Positions 1 to 10,234 are shown, numbered from the stretch's first letter. The stretch is 64,000 nucleotides of DNA from Nitrososphaerales archaeon (GCA_013388925.1 JACAEJ010000036.1:4600-68599), one strand, 5' to 3'. Notes: a model not told the origin generated them from the sequence alone. Numbers and translations: made by a program.

Positions 1-2657
1 ACCCAGGATGGGTATCAATCTCATGGGACGAGGCCTACTCTATAATAGCTTCAAAGGTTAAAGAAGCCTTGACAACTGTTCCCTATAAGCGCACAAACTC
101 AATTACTGGGAAGGATGATTACTACTACATAGGTAAGGACTCTCCAGTAGCTTGGCTTGGGTCGTCTTATTGGAACAACGAAGAGTGCTATCTGGGGAGA
201 AAAATGATGGCATTGTTGGGCTCCAACAACATAGAGCACCAAGCAAGGAAGTGCCACGCTTCGACTGTGGTTGGTCTGGCAAACACCTTTGGCTTCGGCG
301 CCATGACAAACCACATAGTCGATGCAAAGAACTCGAAATGTTTCCTTATCATGAGCAACCCAGCCGAATCACATTCGATGGAGTTCAGGTGGGTAACGAA
401 AGCAATAGAAAACAATAATGCCATAGTGATACAACTTGACCCAAGGTACAACAGAACCACTGCCAAAGCTGATATCTATGCTAGGTACAGGTCTGGCTCG
501 GAGGCAGCCATATTCCTAGGCTTGATCCGTTATCTGCTCTATGAGAAGCCAGAGCGCATAGATAGAACATTTGTTGGGAATAGGACCAACGCTCCCTACG
601 ATCTTAATGGCAATAATGTCGGCTTGGACGATCCCAACTCCATACTCAACAGGTTGAAAGTTCTCGTAGCCAACTATACGCCAGCAGAAGTCTATAGGAT
701 TTCTGGAATGCCAGAAGACAAGTTCTTGAATGTCGCTGACACCTTCACAGACCCTGACAACAGACCTGGCAACATCTACTATGCCATGGGAACTACACAG
801 CATACAAACGCTGTTCAAGCGATAAGGGCTTATGCGATCCTACAACTGTTGCTTGGAAATATGGGTGTGCCTGGAGGAGGGGTCAATGCTTTGAGAGGAA
901 TAAGCAACGTCCAAGGCTCAACGGATATGAACGAACTGATGCACATAATGATGGGATACCGTGAACCTCCGAGGACAATAAAGTGGTACACACCGACTCC
1001 AACTGGATCTATTACGAATACCTTTGAGCAGATGATAAGGAGGTATCAGAAGTGGAAGAACTTTGATCCAGTAAAGCGTGGTGGCTCCTCTGATCCAGCA
1101 GCTGTCAAGGCGAATGATGATGATCCGTCTTACAACAAGTTCGAGTATAGGTACTATAATAGGCACTTTCCAACATGGAACGCCCTTGAATATCACTGGG
1201 GCATCTATGTAGGGACATGGCCAGGTGTCGACCCTGACAACGAATCAATAGTTTGCGACTTGCCAGTAGGGTTTGGCAATCCTATAGTGAAGCTGTTCAG
1301 AAAGATACTGAACGGTGACATCAAGGTTCTAATATGTAATGGAGAAAACCCAGCGGTATCAATGCCAAATGCCGGTCTTGTAAGGCAAGCCTTGGCAAGT
1401 TCAAGTCTTTTCCTAGTTGTCAATGAGATTTTTGAGACAGAGACAGCTTGGTTTGCAGACATACTGCTACCTGGATCTTCACAAGTAGAGAGGTCTGGGA
1501 GCATTACCAACACAGGAAGGTGGATTCAATGGCGCTACAAAGCTGTAGACCCACCAGGCGAATGCAAGCCAGATTTACAATACGTTACAGAGCTATATGA
1601 GAGGATAAGGTTTGTCTTGAAGGGCTCTGGCATAAAGCTCCCATCGGAGAAGTACGGAGATGAAAATGTTGTGACTGTCAAGAGAACAATAGGTGGTGTC
1701 GATCTACCCACGAATCCCGAAGCGGCATGGCCTTCCAGATTCGGGAGGGATTCAGAGTCTGTCTACAAGGAGATAGGCGCAAAGAGCATAACAGTCGGTA
1801 GCACCACTCTATTCCAAAGTGCTGCCAATGTCCTCTACAGAAATTCTTACGATCCAGTATCAAGGCCGGACATAGGTGGTATAATGCCAAAGAGGAGAGA
1901 TATCAGGCCTGTGGATGCTCAAGATGAACAGTATGGCTACTTTAAGAACTGGGCTTGGAGCTGGATGGACAACCAGAGGGTTCTTTACAACATAAACGAA
2001 ACCAACCCAGGGGTCAAGACCTTCTTTGGCTGGTTTGCCATGAACGAAAATGTATGGCTTGGATTGGATAGAGCAGCAATATGGTCCGAGCCTCTCTACG
2101 ATTCTACTAAACCATCAACGAATCCACTCAGTCAAGGGATGCCATTGCACAACGAGCCGTTGGAGAGCCCAGATACCGAGTTAGCATCAGAGTACCCGAC
2201 CATGTGGGGAAGCTACTATGGCTACTATGAAGAAGTAGCTACAGGCACACCAGAAGATTATCCTTATGTTCTTACGACGTTTAGACTGGCAGAGCATATG
2301 CAGGCTGGCGGAATGACAAGAAATCAGCCCTGGCTCATAGAATGTCAGCCAGAGATGTTCGTAGAGATAAGCCCTGCCTTGGCCTCGATAATAGGGGTGA
2401 ATACCGGTGAGTATGTAATAGTGAAGACTGCAAGAAAACCTGAAGGTGAAAGGATGAAATGTATAGTAACAGACAGGATTCAGCCTTTGACTGTAAATGG
2501 CAATACTGTTCACGAAGTTGCAATGCCTTGGCATTGGGGCTTCAAAGGTCTTAGCACAGGAGCCAGCGCAAATGTATTATGTATAGATGCTGTCGATGTT
2601 TCGGCCCATATTCCAGAGTACAAGGTCTGCTTATGTAAGGTGGAGAAGGCATCATAG
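1..2657 (+). CDS. fdhA: Formate dehydrogenase-N-like molybdopterin oxidoreductase alpha subunit, 5'-partial at the window edge, Cys-type
   Basis: The frame of the listed ORF (69..2657) stays open back to nt 3 (PGWVSISWDEAYSIIASKVKEA...), so the TTG at 69 is not the true start. The motif HQARKCHASTVVGLANTFGFGAMTN matches the Fdh active-site region (Sec/Cys-His), with a TGC Cys codon at 252-254. Size and C-terminal domain are typical of the DMSO-reductase family. Confidence 0.8.
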   Translation, partial: PGWVSISWDEAYSIIASKVKEALTTVPYKRTNSITGKDDYYYIGKDSPVAWLGSSYWNNEECYLGRKMMALLGSNNIEHQARKCHASTVVGLANTFGFGAMTNHIVDAKNSKCFLIMSNPAESHSMEFRWVTKAIENNNAIVIQLDPRYNRTTAKADIYARYRSGSEAAIFLGLIRYLLYEKPERIDRTFVGNRTNAPYDLNGNNVGLDDPNSILNRLKVLVANYTPAEVYRISGMPEDKFLNVADTFTDPDNRPGNIYYAMGTTQHTNAVQAIRAYAILQLLLGNMGVPGGGVNALRGISNVQGSTDMNELMHIMMGYREPPRTIKWYTPTPTGSITNTFEQMIRRYQKWKNFDPVKRGGSSDPAAVKANDDDPSYNKFEYRYYNRHFPTWNALEYHWGIYVGTWPGVDPDNESIVCDLPVGFGNPIVKLFRKILNGDIKVLICNGENPAVSMPNAGLVRQALASSSLFLVVNEIFETETAWFADILLPGSSQVERSGSITNTGRWIQWRYKAVDPPGECKPDLQYVTELYERIRFVLKGSGIKLPSEKYGDENVVTVKRTIGGVDLPTNPEAAWPSRFGRDSESVYKEIGAKSITVGSTTLFQSAANVLYRNSYDPVSRPDIGGIMPKRRDIRPVDAQDEQYGYFKNWAWSWMDNQRVLYNINETNPGVKTFFGWFAMNENVWLGLDRAAIWSEPLYDSTKPSTNPLSQGMPLHNEPLESPDTELASEYPTMWGSYYGYYEEVATGTPEDYPYVLTTFRLAEHMQAGGMTRNQPWLIECQPEMFVEISPALASIIGVNTGEYVIVKTARKPEGERMKCIVTDRIQPLTVNGNTVHEVAMPWHWGFKGLSTGASANVLCIDAVDVSAHIPEYKVCLCKVEKAS

Positions 2658-2669
2658 TAGGTGTAAGAA

Positions 2670-3446
2670 ATGGCTAAAGCAATAAAATTCGATTCGACAA
2701 GATGCATAGCTTGTCATGCATGCCAAGTGGCTTGTAAAAGATGGTGGGAGCTCAAAGCTGAAGATACAACATTAAGTGCAGCAAAGGGGACTGAGTGGAC
2801 GAACCCACCAGATCTTTCTCCTAGGACATGGGTACTCGTAAAGTTCATTGGTTCAGGCGAAGGGGAGGATTTCAAGTGGAGTTTTGTCCAGGAAAGATGC
2901 ATGCACTGCTTGAACCCCACCTGCAGGAATGCATGTCCAGTGGGTGCCATAACGAAGTACGACGAAGGGCCTGTAGTGATAAATGTGGATGTATGCATAG
3001 GTTGCAAGTACTGTGTTGCTGTATGCCCATTCAAGATCCCAAGGTTCGATCCAGTAACGAACAAGGCCTACAAGTGCACGATGTGCCCAGACCGTATCAG
3101 GGAAGGTCTAGAGCCTGCCTGTGTATATGCCTGCCCAACTGATGCCTTGGAGTTCGGAGAGCGTGAAGATATGCTGACATTGGCTCAAGCCAAAGCTGAC
3201 GCTATAGGTGGCTATGTGTATGGGGACGATGAGAACGAAGGAACATCTGTCTTCATGGTTACTGATGCTCCGCCAGAACAACTGGGATACCATAAAGTGG
3301 AGAATACTCAGCCACTAAGCATGCAGATAAAGGACTTTATAGAGCCCGCAGGCGGTGTGGTTACCCTTGCCATCCTCGGTTCATTGGCAGGCATCTCGTT
3401 AATAGCGCATCGCAAAGAAAAGGTAAAGGAGGCTGAGAAGAAATGA
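2670..3446 (+). CDS. fdhB: Formate dehydrogenase beta subunit (FdnH-like 4Fe-4S ferredoxin with C-terminal TM anchor)
   Basis: It has several CxxCxxC...CP clusters (CIACHACQVAC, CMHCLNPTC, CIGCKYCVAVCP, CTMCPDR...CVYACP) and a hydrophobic C-terminal helix (VVTLAILGSLAGISLIA). It lies 12 nt after fdhA. Confidence 0.8.
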   Translation: MAKAIKFDSTRCIACHACQVACKRWWELKAEDTTLSAAKGTEWTNPPDLSPRTWVLVKFIGSGEGEDFKWSFVQERCMHCLNPTCRNACPVGAITKYDEGPVVINVDVCIGCKYCVAVCPFKIPRFDPVTNKAYKCTMCPDRIREGLEPACVYACPTDALEFGEREDMLTLAQAKADAIGGYVYGDDENEGTSVFMVTDAPPEQLGYHKVENTQPLSMQIKDFIEPAGGVVTLAILGSLAGISLIAHRKEKVKEAEKK

Positions 3447-4090
3447 ATGAAAAGATCCTTCGATGGGCTTTAGCAGAGAGGGTAGAGCATTTATTCATAA
3501 TGATACTGATTCCTACTTTCATCATCTCCGGGCTACCTTTATTCAAGATCGAGTTGTTCGGCTGGATGATAATCCCCCCTATCACCATCGACTTGTTCAG
3601 GGATATCCACAAGTTTGCGGCAGGGCTCTATGCTGGTTTGGCCATCTTTCATGTATTGTACCATACATTGGCTCTAAGGCAGACAAGAATGGGTATATCT
3701 GGCAAGGACTTCAGCGACTCCATAGCGATAATGAAGCTCTACACAGGCCTTTCCAACAAGAAACCGAAGATAGGCTTTCACAACCCAACTGAGAAGTTAC
3801 TGGTCTACTGGCTCGTGGCTGTGTTGTTCATGCTCATCATGGGAGTCTCAGGCATCATGCTCATGTTCCCATCGTACTTTCCAGCATGGATTCATGAGTG
3901 GGCACTGGTAGCGCACGATGTCTTCTTCCTCCTGATAACCTTCGTGGTAATATTCCACTTCTACATGAGTGTCGTCTACAAGGAGCACAGACCTCTCCTC
4001 GATGGTATGTTCACCGATGGTATGGTTCCGGCTGAGTACGTCAAAGAACACCACCCTCTATGGTACGAAGAAGTCAAGAAGAAAGAATGA
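3443..4090 (+). CDS. fdhC: Formate dehydrogenase gamma subunit / b-type cytochrome (FdnI-like)
   Basis: It has four predicted TM helices with conserved His residues (VEHLF, FHVLYH, AHDVFF, FHFY). Its ATGA start overlaps the fdhB stop, suggesting translational coupling. Confidence 0.7.
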   Translation: MNEKILRWALAERVEHLFIMILIPTFIISGLPLFKIELFGWMIIPPITIDLFRDIHKFAAGLYAGLAIFHVLYHTLALRQTRMGISGKDFSDSIAIMKLYTGLSNKKPKIGFHNPTEKLLVYWLVAVLFMLIMGVSGIMLMFPSYFPAWIHEWALVAHDVFFLLITFVVIFHFYMSVVYKEHRPLLDGMFTDGMVPAEYVKEHHPLWYEEVKKKE

Positions 4091-4101
4091 AGGCTATAAC
4101 G

Positions 4102-4118
4102 ATCCCCCCTCTTTTTTT
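4102..4118 (+). terminator. Candidate archaeal terminator (ATCCCCCCT followed by a T7 run)
   Basis: ATCCCCCCTCTTTTTTT starts 12 nt after the fdhC stop. The same ATCCCCCCT plus T-rich motif recurs at 35252. Confidence 0.3.
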
Positions 4119-4128
4119 ATAGTGGCCT

Positions 4129-4677
4129 TTGATGAGCAATACGCAGGATTCTAAACTACATAAGATAGCTGGGCGCATATATGGTGAGGGAGGGAGTATG
4201 CTAGGAGGAGCCAAAGTAGCATGCAATAAAAGGGAAACAGTCTCCCTCTTCGATGGTAGGTACGAATTCAAAGATCTGAAGAAAGGGGTTTACACCATTA
4301 CTGCGAGTCTGAAGGGCTTCGAGAGCCAGAGTAGAACTGTGGCCATCGAAAAAGATGAAGTAATAACTCTTGATTTTCATTTACCTGGAGCCACCGGGAC
4401 TGCAAAGATATTTGGCACTGTCTATGATGCAGAAACCAAAAGACCAATAACTTCTGGTGGGACCGTAATCCTGATCTTGCCCGCAAAGAATAAGTACGCT
4501 CCTTTGAAGAACGGTCAATACGAATTTGACCGTCTAGTGGAGGACAGCTACGATCTATTGACTTCTGTACAAGGGTACGAGGATAAGAGGGTAACGATAA
4601 CTTTAGAGGAAGGCGAGAAGAAGCTCCAAGACTTTCATTGCAAGCTCGTTCTATCCATAGAGCCCCCTTGGGGTTGA
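4129..4677 (+). CDS. Carboxypeptidase-regulatory-like (CarboxypepD_reg) tandem-domain protein
   Basis: There are two repeats of the pattern G.V.D....P..GA.V........T...G.Y.F..L..G.Y.L (GRIYGEGG...DGRYEFKDLKKGVYTITA and GTVYDAET...NGQYEFDRLVEDSYDLLT). The exact start is uncertain. Confidence 0.4.
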   Translation: MMSNTQDSKLHKIAGRIYGEGGSMLGGAKVACNKRETVSLFDGRYEFKDLKKGVYTITASLKGFESQSRTVAIEKDEVITLDFHLPGATGTAKIFGTVYDAETKRPITSGGTVILILPAKNKYAPLKNGQYEFDRLVEDSYDLLTSVQGYEDKRVTITLEEGEKKLQDFHCKLVLSIEPPWG

Positions 4678-4911
4678 TTCTAGAAACATTAATTATGTCA
4701 GTAAAAACATTGACAACTCCACTGCGATAATAAAAGTAATCCCGAATTACTGAAGCTGATATAAGATAGAAAAATCTGTTCACGACAAATTAACACTTAG
4801 TAGCCCTAATATGGGAGTTAGGAACTATCAGCAAAAAGCTAAAGAATCCAGACCCGTAAAGGACTTAAATCCCTTCTCTATTCTCACCAATCAAAGGATA
4901 ATGGTTCAGGA

Positions 4912-5736
4912 TTGAGCATGGAGCGTCAAGATGGGCCTCTAGTTTCTGTAGTAATTCCCACCTTCAACTCTTCAGGGACTATCGAACAATGCCTCAAATC
5001 CATTCTCAATCAGAGTTACAAAAATATCGAAATAATTGTATCTGACAAATTCAGTAGCGATAATACCGTCGAAATAGCCAATAGGTTCGGCGCAAGAATA
5101 GTGTTCAAGAGCAATGAGAGGTCTGCCCAGAAAAACTTTGGTGCCATTCATGCCAAAGGGAGCTTGATCTACTTCGTAGACTCGGACTTTATACTTGAGC
5201 CTGATGTGGTTGGAAGATGCATCGAATCGGTTAATGGAGTAGATGCTGTAATGACCATCAATCGTTCAAGAGGGGATAGCTTATGGGCAAGGTCCATATC
5301 CTACAAGAGGAGACTCTTATCGGACGAAGCATCGGTCATGGCTGCAAGGTTCTTAAGAAAAGAGGCCTTTTCCAAGGTTGGAGGATTTGATGAGAGCCTA
5401 GTGGCAGGGGAGGATCTCGATCTTCATAGGAGATTGATAGAGGCAGGCCTTCGAGTAAAGAGAGCAGATGCTGTAGAGTGGCATATAGGAGAACCCAGAA
5501 CATACAGAGAACTCATCTTGAAGGGCTATTATTACGGCAAGGCCCTCCCGATATACCTGAAGAGGAACAGGGAAGCTCTTACTGGCAACCTTAACCCTTT
5601 CAAGTCTGAATACTTGAGGGGCATACTGAAGGAACCATCCCTTCTTGTTCTGAGCTTGATCATAGTTCAGATGACAACATACATGACCACCATTTTGGGC
5701 TTCTTGGCAGAGTTTTCTACTCGAAAAAGGATTTAA
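4912..5736 (+). CDS. Glycosyltransferase family 2
   Basis: The N-terminus VSVVIPTFNSSGTIEQCLKSILNQSYKNIEIIVSDKFSSDNT is a classic GT2 signature, with DSD and ED acidic motifs. The real start may be the ATG at 4918. Confidence 0.75.
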   Translation: MSMERQDGPLVSVVIPTFNSSGTIEQCLKSILNQSYKNIEIIVSDKFSSDNTVEIANRFGARIVFKSNERSAQKNFGAIHAKGSLIYFVDSDFILEPDVVGRCIESVNGVDAVMTINRSRGDSLWARSISYKRRLLSDEASVMAARFLRKEAFSKVGGFDESLVAGEDLDLHRRLIEAGLRVKRADAVEWHIGEPRTYRELILKGYYYGKALPIYLKRNREALTGNLNPFKSEYLRGILKEPSLLVLSLIIVQMTTYMTTILGFLAEFSTRKRI

Positions 5737-5764
5737 GTTTGAAAGGATAGCACCCATAGGAGCA

Positions 5765-7738
5765 TTGCCAGACCCTCTCTTCATATCTTTACAACTTGTA
5801 CTCTTCATGCTTCTACTTACAGTGATAGGCAGGCCCCTATGGTTCGTCCTCTCCAAAATCTTTGGTCTATCGAGTAACAACTTCCTTCAAGAGTTACTGT
5901 TAAGTGCATGCTCCGGAGGACTGGTTCTTTACCTTTTGGCGTTGCTTCCTCTTCACCTCTTCAACCTGCCCGTGCTCTTGATCCTTGTCATTGTCTGCTT
6001 TATCTTCACCATCAGATCCATAGCATCCAAAATAAGGTCAGAGAAAATCTACCTAGTGAGTAGATCAAATCTTTTGGAACAGGTACTGGTCTTCGCCCTA
6101 TTTTTCATCGCCCTTCTCATACAGAGCGTACCTCTTTCCAATTATATCTTCGGGAGCATACACGACACATCCCTTCACTCCTTCTTCGTTCAACTGATCA
6201 TAGAGAACGGTCAAATACCTGCAACTCACGAGCCCTACCTCTCAGCTGCCATAATATACCCTCTGGGTGCTCACCCAATCTTCGCCTTTGCAAGCATCAT
6301 AACAGGATCTGTACCACCCATGGCTGTCTTCTACGTCACGAACTTATTCAATGCGATGATAGTCCTTGCATCTTACAGCTTCGGGAAGGAGTTCATAAGC
6401 AATAGATGGGGGGGTCTATCATTGGCCCTTATGGCCACCTTCGTCCCTATGTGGCCGGCCTACATAAGCTGGGGCTCGAACCCATTTGTTGTAGGTTTTG
6501 TATACTTTTTAGTCACAGCGATTCTTATCGGAAGGGCAGAAAAAGTAGAGAAGCCGAGCAGAAACCTCAGAATTCTTCTCTTGGTAGGTATAGCCCTCTT
6601 CATAGGCTATCTTGCCGCCCTTCACGTATCCTATTTTATGGTAATGGTGACTGCATGGCTTATAGAGCGGGCGATGAGGAGCAAGAGCCTTCTTGCAGCG
6701 ATAAGGGGGTTTGGTTGGATCGTTATCTCTATCCTTATGAGCATCATTATGGTCCTCCCCTTCTTCTTCAGGTTCGTGCAGTATTACTCCTTACCGGGCA
6801 ACAACATAGGCCTGCCAGAAGATATGGTCCCATTTGAAAGCAGCCCTTTACCACAGCTAGAGCTCAACCCTCGCCTTGAAGATATATTAGAATCAATCTT
6901 AAACCTATTCTACAACTATAACATTTCTCCTCATGATCTTACTAGGTTCGTCTTCATAATTATGGGTGCAGTTGCCTATTTTTATTTGGTGCTCTCGGCC
7001 TTCAGAAAGAGGAGGCTCTTCGATTCTGAATTATTGCTTATAGTTCTTATAGGTGCCTCTTACCTATCGATCCTCTTGGGCTTCTTCTCGCCGGCATTTC
7101 ACATCTTCTTCCCTCCTTTCCGCTTCCACATGATACTCCTCTTCTCACTATCACTGATATTCGGTACCATCAACCTGAGAATCTTTGAAAGATTCAGATC
7201 TTTCATAAGAATAAAGAATTCGAGTCCGAAGAGGATGAAAAGTATCGCCCTTATAATAATTGTATTCACCTCACTGTACTCTCCCTTCTTCTACTATAGA
7301 GTGGCCGAGGACCCTCGAGACATTACTTACAATTATGGCTACTTTGCTGTAACCACAAGGGATGATTACGATCTTATGGTCTGGATGAAGGACAATTTAT
7401 CAAAAGAGGCAAGTATCCTGATAAACCCATTCGAGCCAGGCCTATTCATCCCCTCCCTCTCACAAAGAAGAGCAATATATCCGTTCACAGCCTATCAGTA
7501 CAGTCTCAGCTATATAACAGTCATAAAACTCTTGAATAGCAAGGAATTAAATTCGGCTGTCTTCGACTACCTTCAAACCAACGGGATTACTCACGTGTAT
7601 GTAGGCTCCAGAAACAGCAGTGCAAGATTCCAAGGCTCCCCAGATACCAAGTGGGATCCGTATCTTTTTCTGGGGAATCCTAACTTTAACCTAACCAAGA
7701 GAGTTGGCGAAGACTACCTATTTGAGTTCTCCTTATAA
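5765..7738 (+). CDS. Large polytopic membrane protein (GT-C-like glycosyltransferase or polymerase candidate), ending at an in-frame TAA
   Basis: The 657-aa product has more than 12 hydrophobic helices and a soluble C-terminal part, and sits inside the glycan cluster. No WWDYG motif was seen, so I do not call it AglB. Confidence 0.55.
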   Translation: MPDPLFISLQLVLFMLLLTVIGRPLWFVLSKIFGLSSNNFLQELLLSACSGGLVLYLLALLPLHLFNLPVLLILVIVCFIFTIRSIASKIRSEKIYLVSRSNLLEQVLVFALFFIALLIQSVPLSNYIFGSIHDTSLHSFFVQLIIENGQIPATHEPYLSAAIIYPLGAHPIFAFASIITGSVPPMAVFYVTNLFNAMIVLASYSFGKEFISNRWGGLSLALMATFVPMWPAYISWGSNPFVVGFVYFLVTAILIGRAEKVEKPSRNLRILLLVGIALFIGYLAALHVSYFMVMVTAWLIERAMRSKSLLAAIRGFGWIVISILMSIIMVLPFFFRFVQYYSLPGNNIGLPEDMVPFESSPLPQLELNPRLEDILESILNLFYNYNISPHDLTRFVFIIMGAVAYFYLVLSAFRKRRLFDSELLLIVLIGASYLSILLGFFSPAFHIFFPPFRFHMILLFSLSLIFGTINLRIFERFRSFIRIKNSSPKRMKSIALIIIVFTSLYSPFFYYRVAEDPRDITYNYGYFAVTTRDDYDLMVWMKDNLSKEASILINPFEPGLFIPSLSQRRAIYPFTAYQYSLSYITVIKLLNSKELNSAVFDYLQTNGITHVYVGSRNSSARFQGSPDTKWDPYLFLGNPNFNLTKRVGEDYLFEFSL

Positions 7739-7954
7739 GATGAGCATAATATTCTCCAAGATAGTTTCGAGTATTATGATCTCTTTGAAGGGGGATGGAG
7801 AGTCTCCCACTCATATTATGGAAAGTTCAATTGGGATATAGTCCAAAAGTACCCATATCAGGGCAACAATAGCATTAGGATACAGGCTAGAAGTCAAGGT
7901 AGTCCTGCTTGGATCTCCATCTTCCGCAAGGTCTACATCCCAGAATCATCCAAC

Positions 7955-8248
7955 GTGAACCTCTCCGTCTACCTTAAACCAGAGAAAGGTTTCGGTCCTC
8001 AAGACTCCCTAATGTTGATCGTATCCGATGAATCTTATATTAACAATATCTATCTCTATTACATAAAAGGTGACTCTTCTTTGCTACCTCAGAAAGAGGG
8101 GTATTTTGAGTTTAATTTAAGTGAACTTTGGGAAGAGATTAATGACGAACCACTACCAAGAACGATCTTCGTACAATTGGATAACTACGACTTTGATGGC
8201 ATTGCGAATGTTGCCTACATGGATTATTTACAGATTAGGATCGAATAG
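7955..8248 (+). CDS. ORF in the same frame as 5765..7738; probable C-terminal extension separated by a single TAA (the frame is open from 7739)
   Basis: Hand translation of 7739-7954 gives 72 sense codons with no ATG, GTG or TTG start and no stop. The frame is identical to the upstream ORF (both start at positions congruent to 2 mod 3). Confidence 0.35.
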   Translation: MNLSVYLKPEKGFGPQDSLMLIVSDESYINNIYLYYIKGDSSLLPQKEGYFEFNLSELWEEINDEPLPRTIFVQLDNYDFDGIANVAYMDYLQIRIE

Positions 8249-8250
8249 AA

Positions 8251-9054
8251 ATGAGCGCTCCATCAAGGAAGAGGCTGAGAGAATTCTATGAGAGAGAAGC
8301 TCAAAAGATAGAACACCAAGATTTTATGTACAAACATGCCAAAGGGGCAGAGCTCTGGTGGCACAGGAAGAGGCTAAAGCATATAGAGTCCTACTTGCGT
8401 GACAGCTTTAACATCCCAAAGGCCACGAATTTCCTCGATGTTGGTTGCGCTGAAGGATATTATATAGGTCTCGTCTCGTCCATCAATAGTGGTGTTTATT
8501 GTGTCGGAGTAGATATTTCACCATCATGCACAAAAAAAGCGAAGTCTAGAAATCGTGACTCGGACTTCGTCGTCTGCGATGCCGAGTCTTTACCCTTTAG
8601 GGAAAACTCTTTTGGAATAGTCCTCTGCTCAGAGGTATTGGAGCATCTGTTGAACCCCGTGGAGGCCTTAAAAGGTCTGTTGAGCACTACCAGGGATTAC
8701 CTGATACTTTCTTTTCCAGGACATTCGTTATTGTACAAAATAATGACCAGTATTCCTTCTTTAAGGCGAGCGATCAATAGGTCGTTCGCACTAAGGATAG
8801 GTCATATTTCTGAGGTTACGCTTAGGTCTTTGAAAGACTTGATCTCAGTTTACAAAGAATCTGGAGGATTGGATATAAAACAGAGTGGTGCACTGCCGGT
8901 CCAAGTATATGGTATCCTCCCTTCAAACAAATTGATAGACAGATTGGATGATATTATGTGCAATTTTATGTCCAGAAGAAGAATTATCGGTTTTACTACG
9001 ATTCAAGTCGTTAGAATTTTGATGCATAAGAACAGGAACTTTAACCAGAGTTAA
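8251..9054 (+). CDS. Class I SAM-dependent methyltransferase
   Basis: Motif I is LDVGCAEGYY and post-I is VGVDIS; DAESLPFRENSFGIVLCSEVLEHL matches the Methyltransf_11 pattern. Confidence 0.7.
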   Translation: MSAPSRKRLREFYEREAQKIEHQDFMYKHAKGAELWWHRKRLKHIESYLRDSFNIPKATNFLDVGCAEGYYIGLVSSINSGVYCVGVDISPSCTKKAKSRNRDSDFVVCDAESLPFRENSFGIVLCSEVLEHLLNPVEALKGLLSTTRDYLILSFPGHSLLYKIMTSIPSLRRAINRSFALRIGHISEVTLRSLKDLISVYKESGGLDIKQSGALPVQVYGILPSNKLIDRLDDIMCNFMSRRRIIGFTTIQVVRILMHKNRNFNQS

Positions 9055-9106
9055 CGTTTACGCTATCTTTTTCAGTTCCTTAATTCTTTAGCTACTTGAC
9101 TAGTCC

Positions 9107-10234
9107 CTAACCCTTATTGGTCGCTCTTCTCAAGATCTCTAAGTCCCTTGCTGCAACACCTTCCCAGTCGAGATTATCGACATAGCTTCTTATCTTATTG
9201 GGATCAGGAGTTGGTTCGTTCATGACTTTAAGGAGCTTTTCCACCGCATCCTTGATGTCGTAAGGTCTGGCAAAGGTGACATAGGGGCATTCCTCCCAAT
9301 TCTCATAAAGCGTTACAATGCTATAACAGACGACAGGAACTCCGCAGGCCAGCGCCTCTGCGATGACAATCCCCCATCCTTCTGAAGTACTTAGGGTGAC
9401 AAATACTCTGGAACTCTTGATCACTTCGTACATCTTCTTATCGCTCAGAGTGCCTAGATAAATCACATTTCCATCCAAACCATAACTCCTGACCAGCTCC
9501 ATAACGCCCAAACTGTCCTCCCCTACTAGTGCAAGCTTTGCTTTAGGCATTCTATCGACGATCATTCTCCATGAGCTCAACAAATCCTTTACGCCTTTCC
9601 TAGGATCTAGCCTGCCCACAAAGCATGCATCATACTCTTTGCCTCTACCACTTGCGGAATCTATCTCGCCAAGCTCCACAGCATTCGAAGATAATTGGGA
9701 ATTGGGGAAGATTCGTGAAAAGGCTTTGGAGACACAAATGTTGACCTTACAACTTTTAGCAATGATTATGGCTACCTTTATGGCCAAAGCTTTTAACGAA
9801 GAGTAAAAGGGCCCATACCCAGTTTTTCTTGCCAGTCTATAAATCCCAAGAAGGTCTATAACAAGCTTCTCGCCATCTATGATATCATAGTGGTGTATGA
9901 TGATTGCACAAGGCTTTCTCATAAGCCTAGAGATGATAAGGGCTGGCAAGACATTGAATATGTCGTTGTTGCATGCCAAAACTAGATTGCAGTTAAGTAT
10001 CCTAAGTCCCATGATTGTGGAAATTGTCGTAAAGAGCATTCCACGAACCATACTTGCTGACGGTGAAGTAGCTCTTATGGGAACGGGAACATGATAGGAG
10101 TGGGGGTAAAGTCCAGGTTTGGGTTCAAGGACGTGAAACTTGACACCTTTTCTCTCCCATTCTCTTGCGATGCCCACAAACCTTCTCTCTGTACCGCCAA
10201 AGCCAAGAGTCGGGTGATAGAAGATGATCAGCAT
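9107..10234 (-). CDS. Glycosyltransferase family 1/4 (GT-B fold)
   Basis: The C-terminal signature is FVTLSTSEGWGIVIAEALACGVPVV (E-x7-E type). The N-terminus carries GGTERRF, similar to GT4 enzymes. Confidence 0.75.
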   Translation of the reverse strand: MLIIFYHPTLGFGGTERRFVGIAREWERKGVKFHVLEPKPGLYPHSYHVPVPIRATSPSASMVRGMLFTTISTIMGLRILNCNLVLACNNDIFNVLPALIISRLMRKPCAIIIHHYDIIDGEKLVIDLLGIYRLARKTGYGPFYSSLKALAIKVAIIIAKSCKVNICVSKAFSRIFPNSQLSSNAVELGEIDSASGRGKEYDACFVGRLDPRKGVKDLLSSWRMIVDRMPKAKLALVGEDSLGVMELVRSYGLDGNVIYLGTLSDKKMYEVIKSSRVFVTLSTSEGWGIVIAEALACGVPVVCYSIVTLYENWEECPYVTFARPYDIKDAVEKLLKVMNEPTPDPNKIRSYVDNLDWEGVAARDLEILRRATNKG

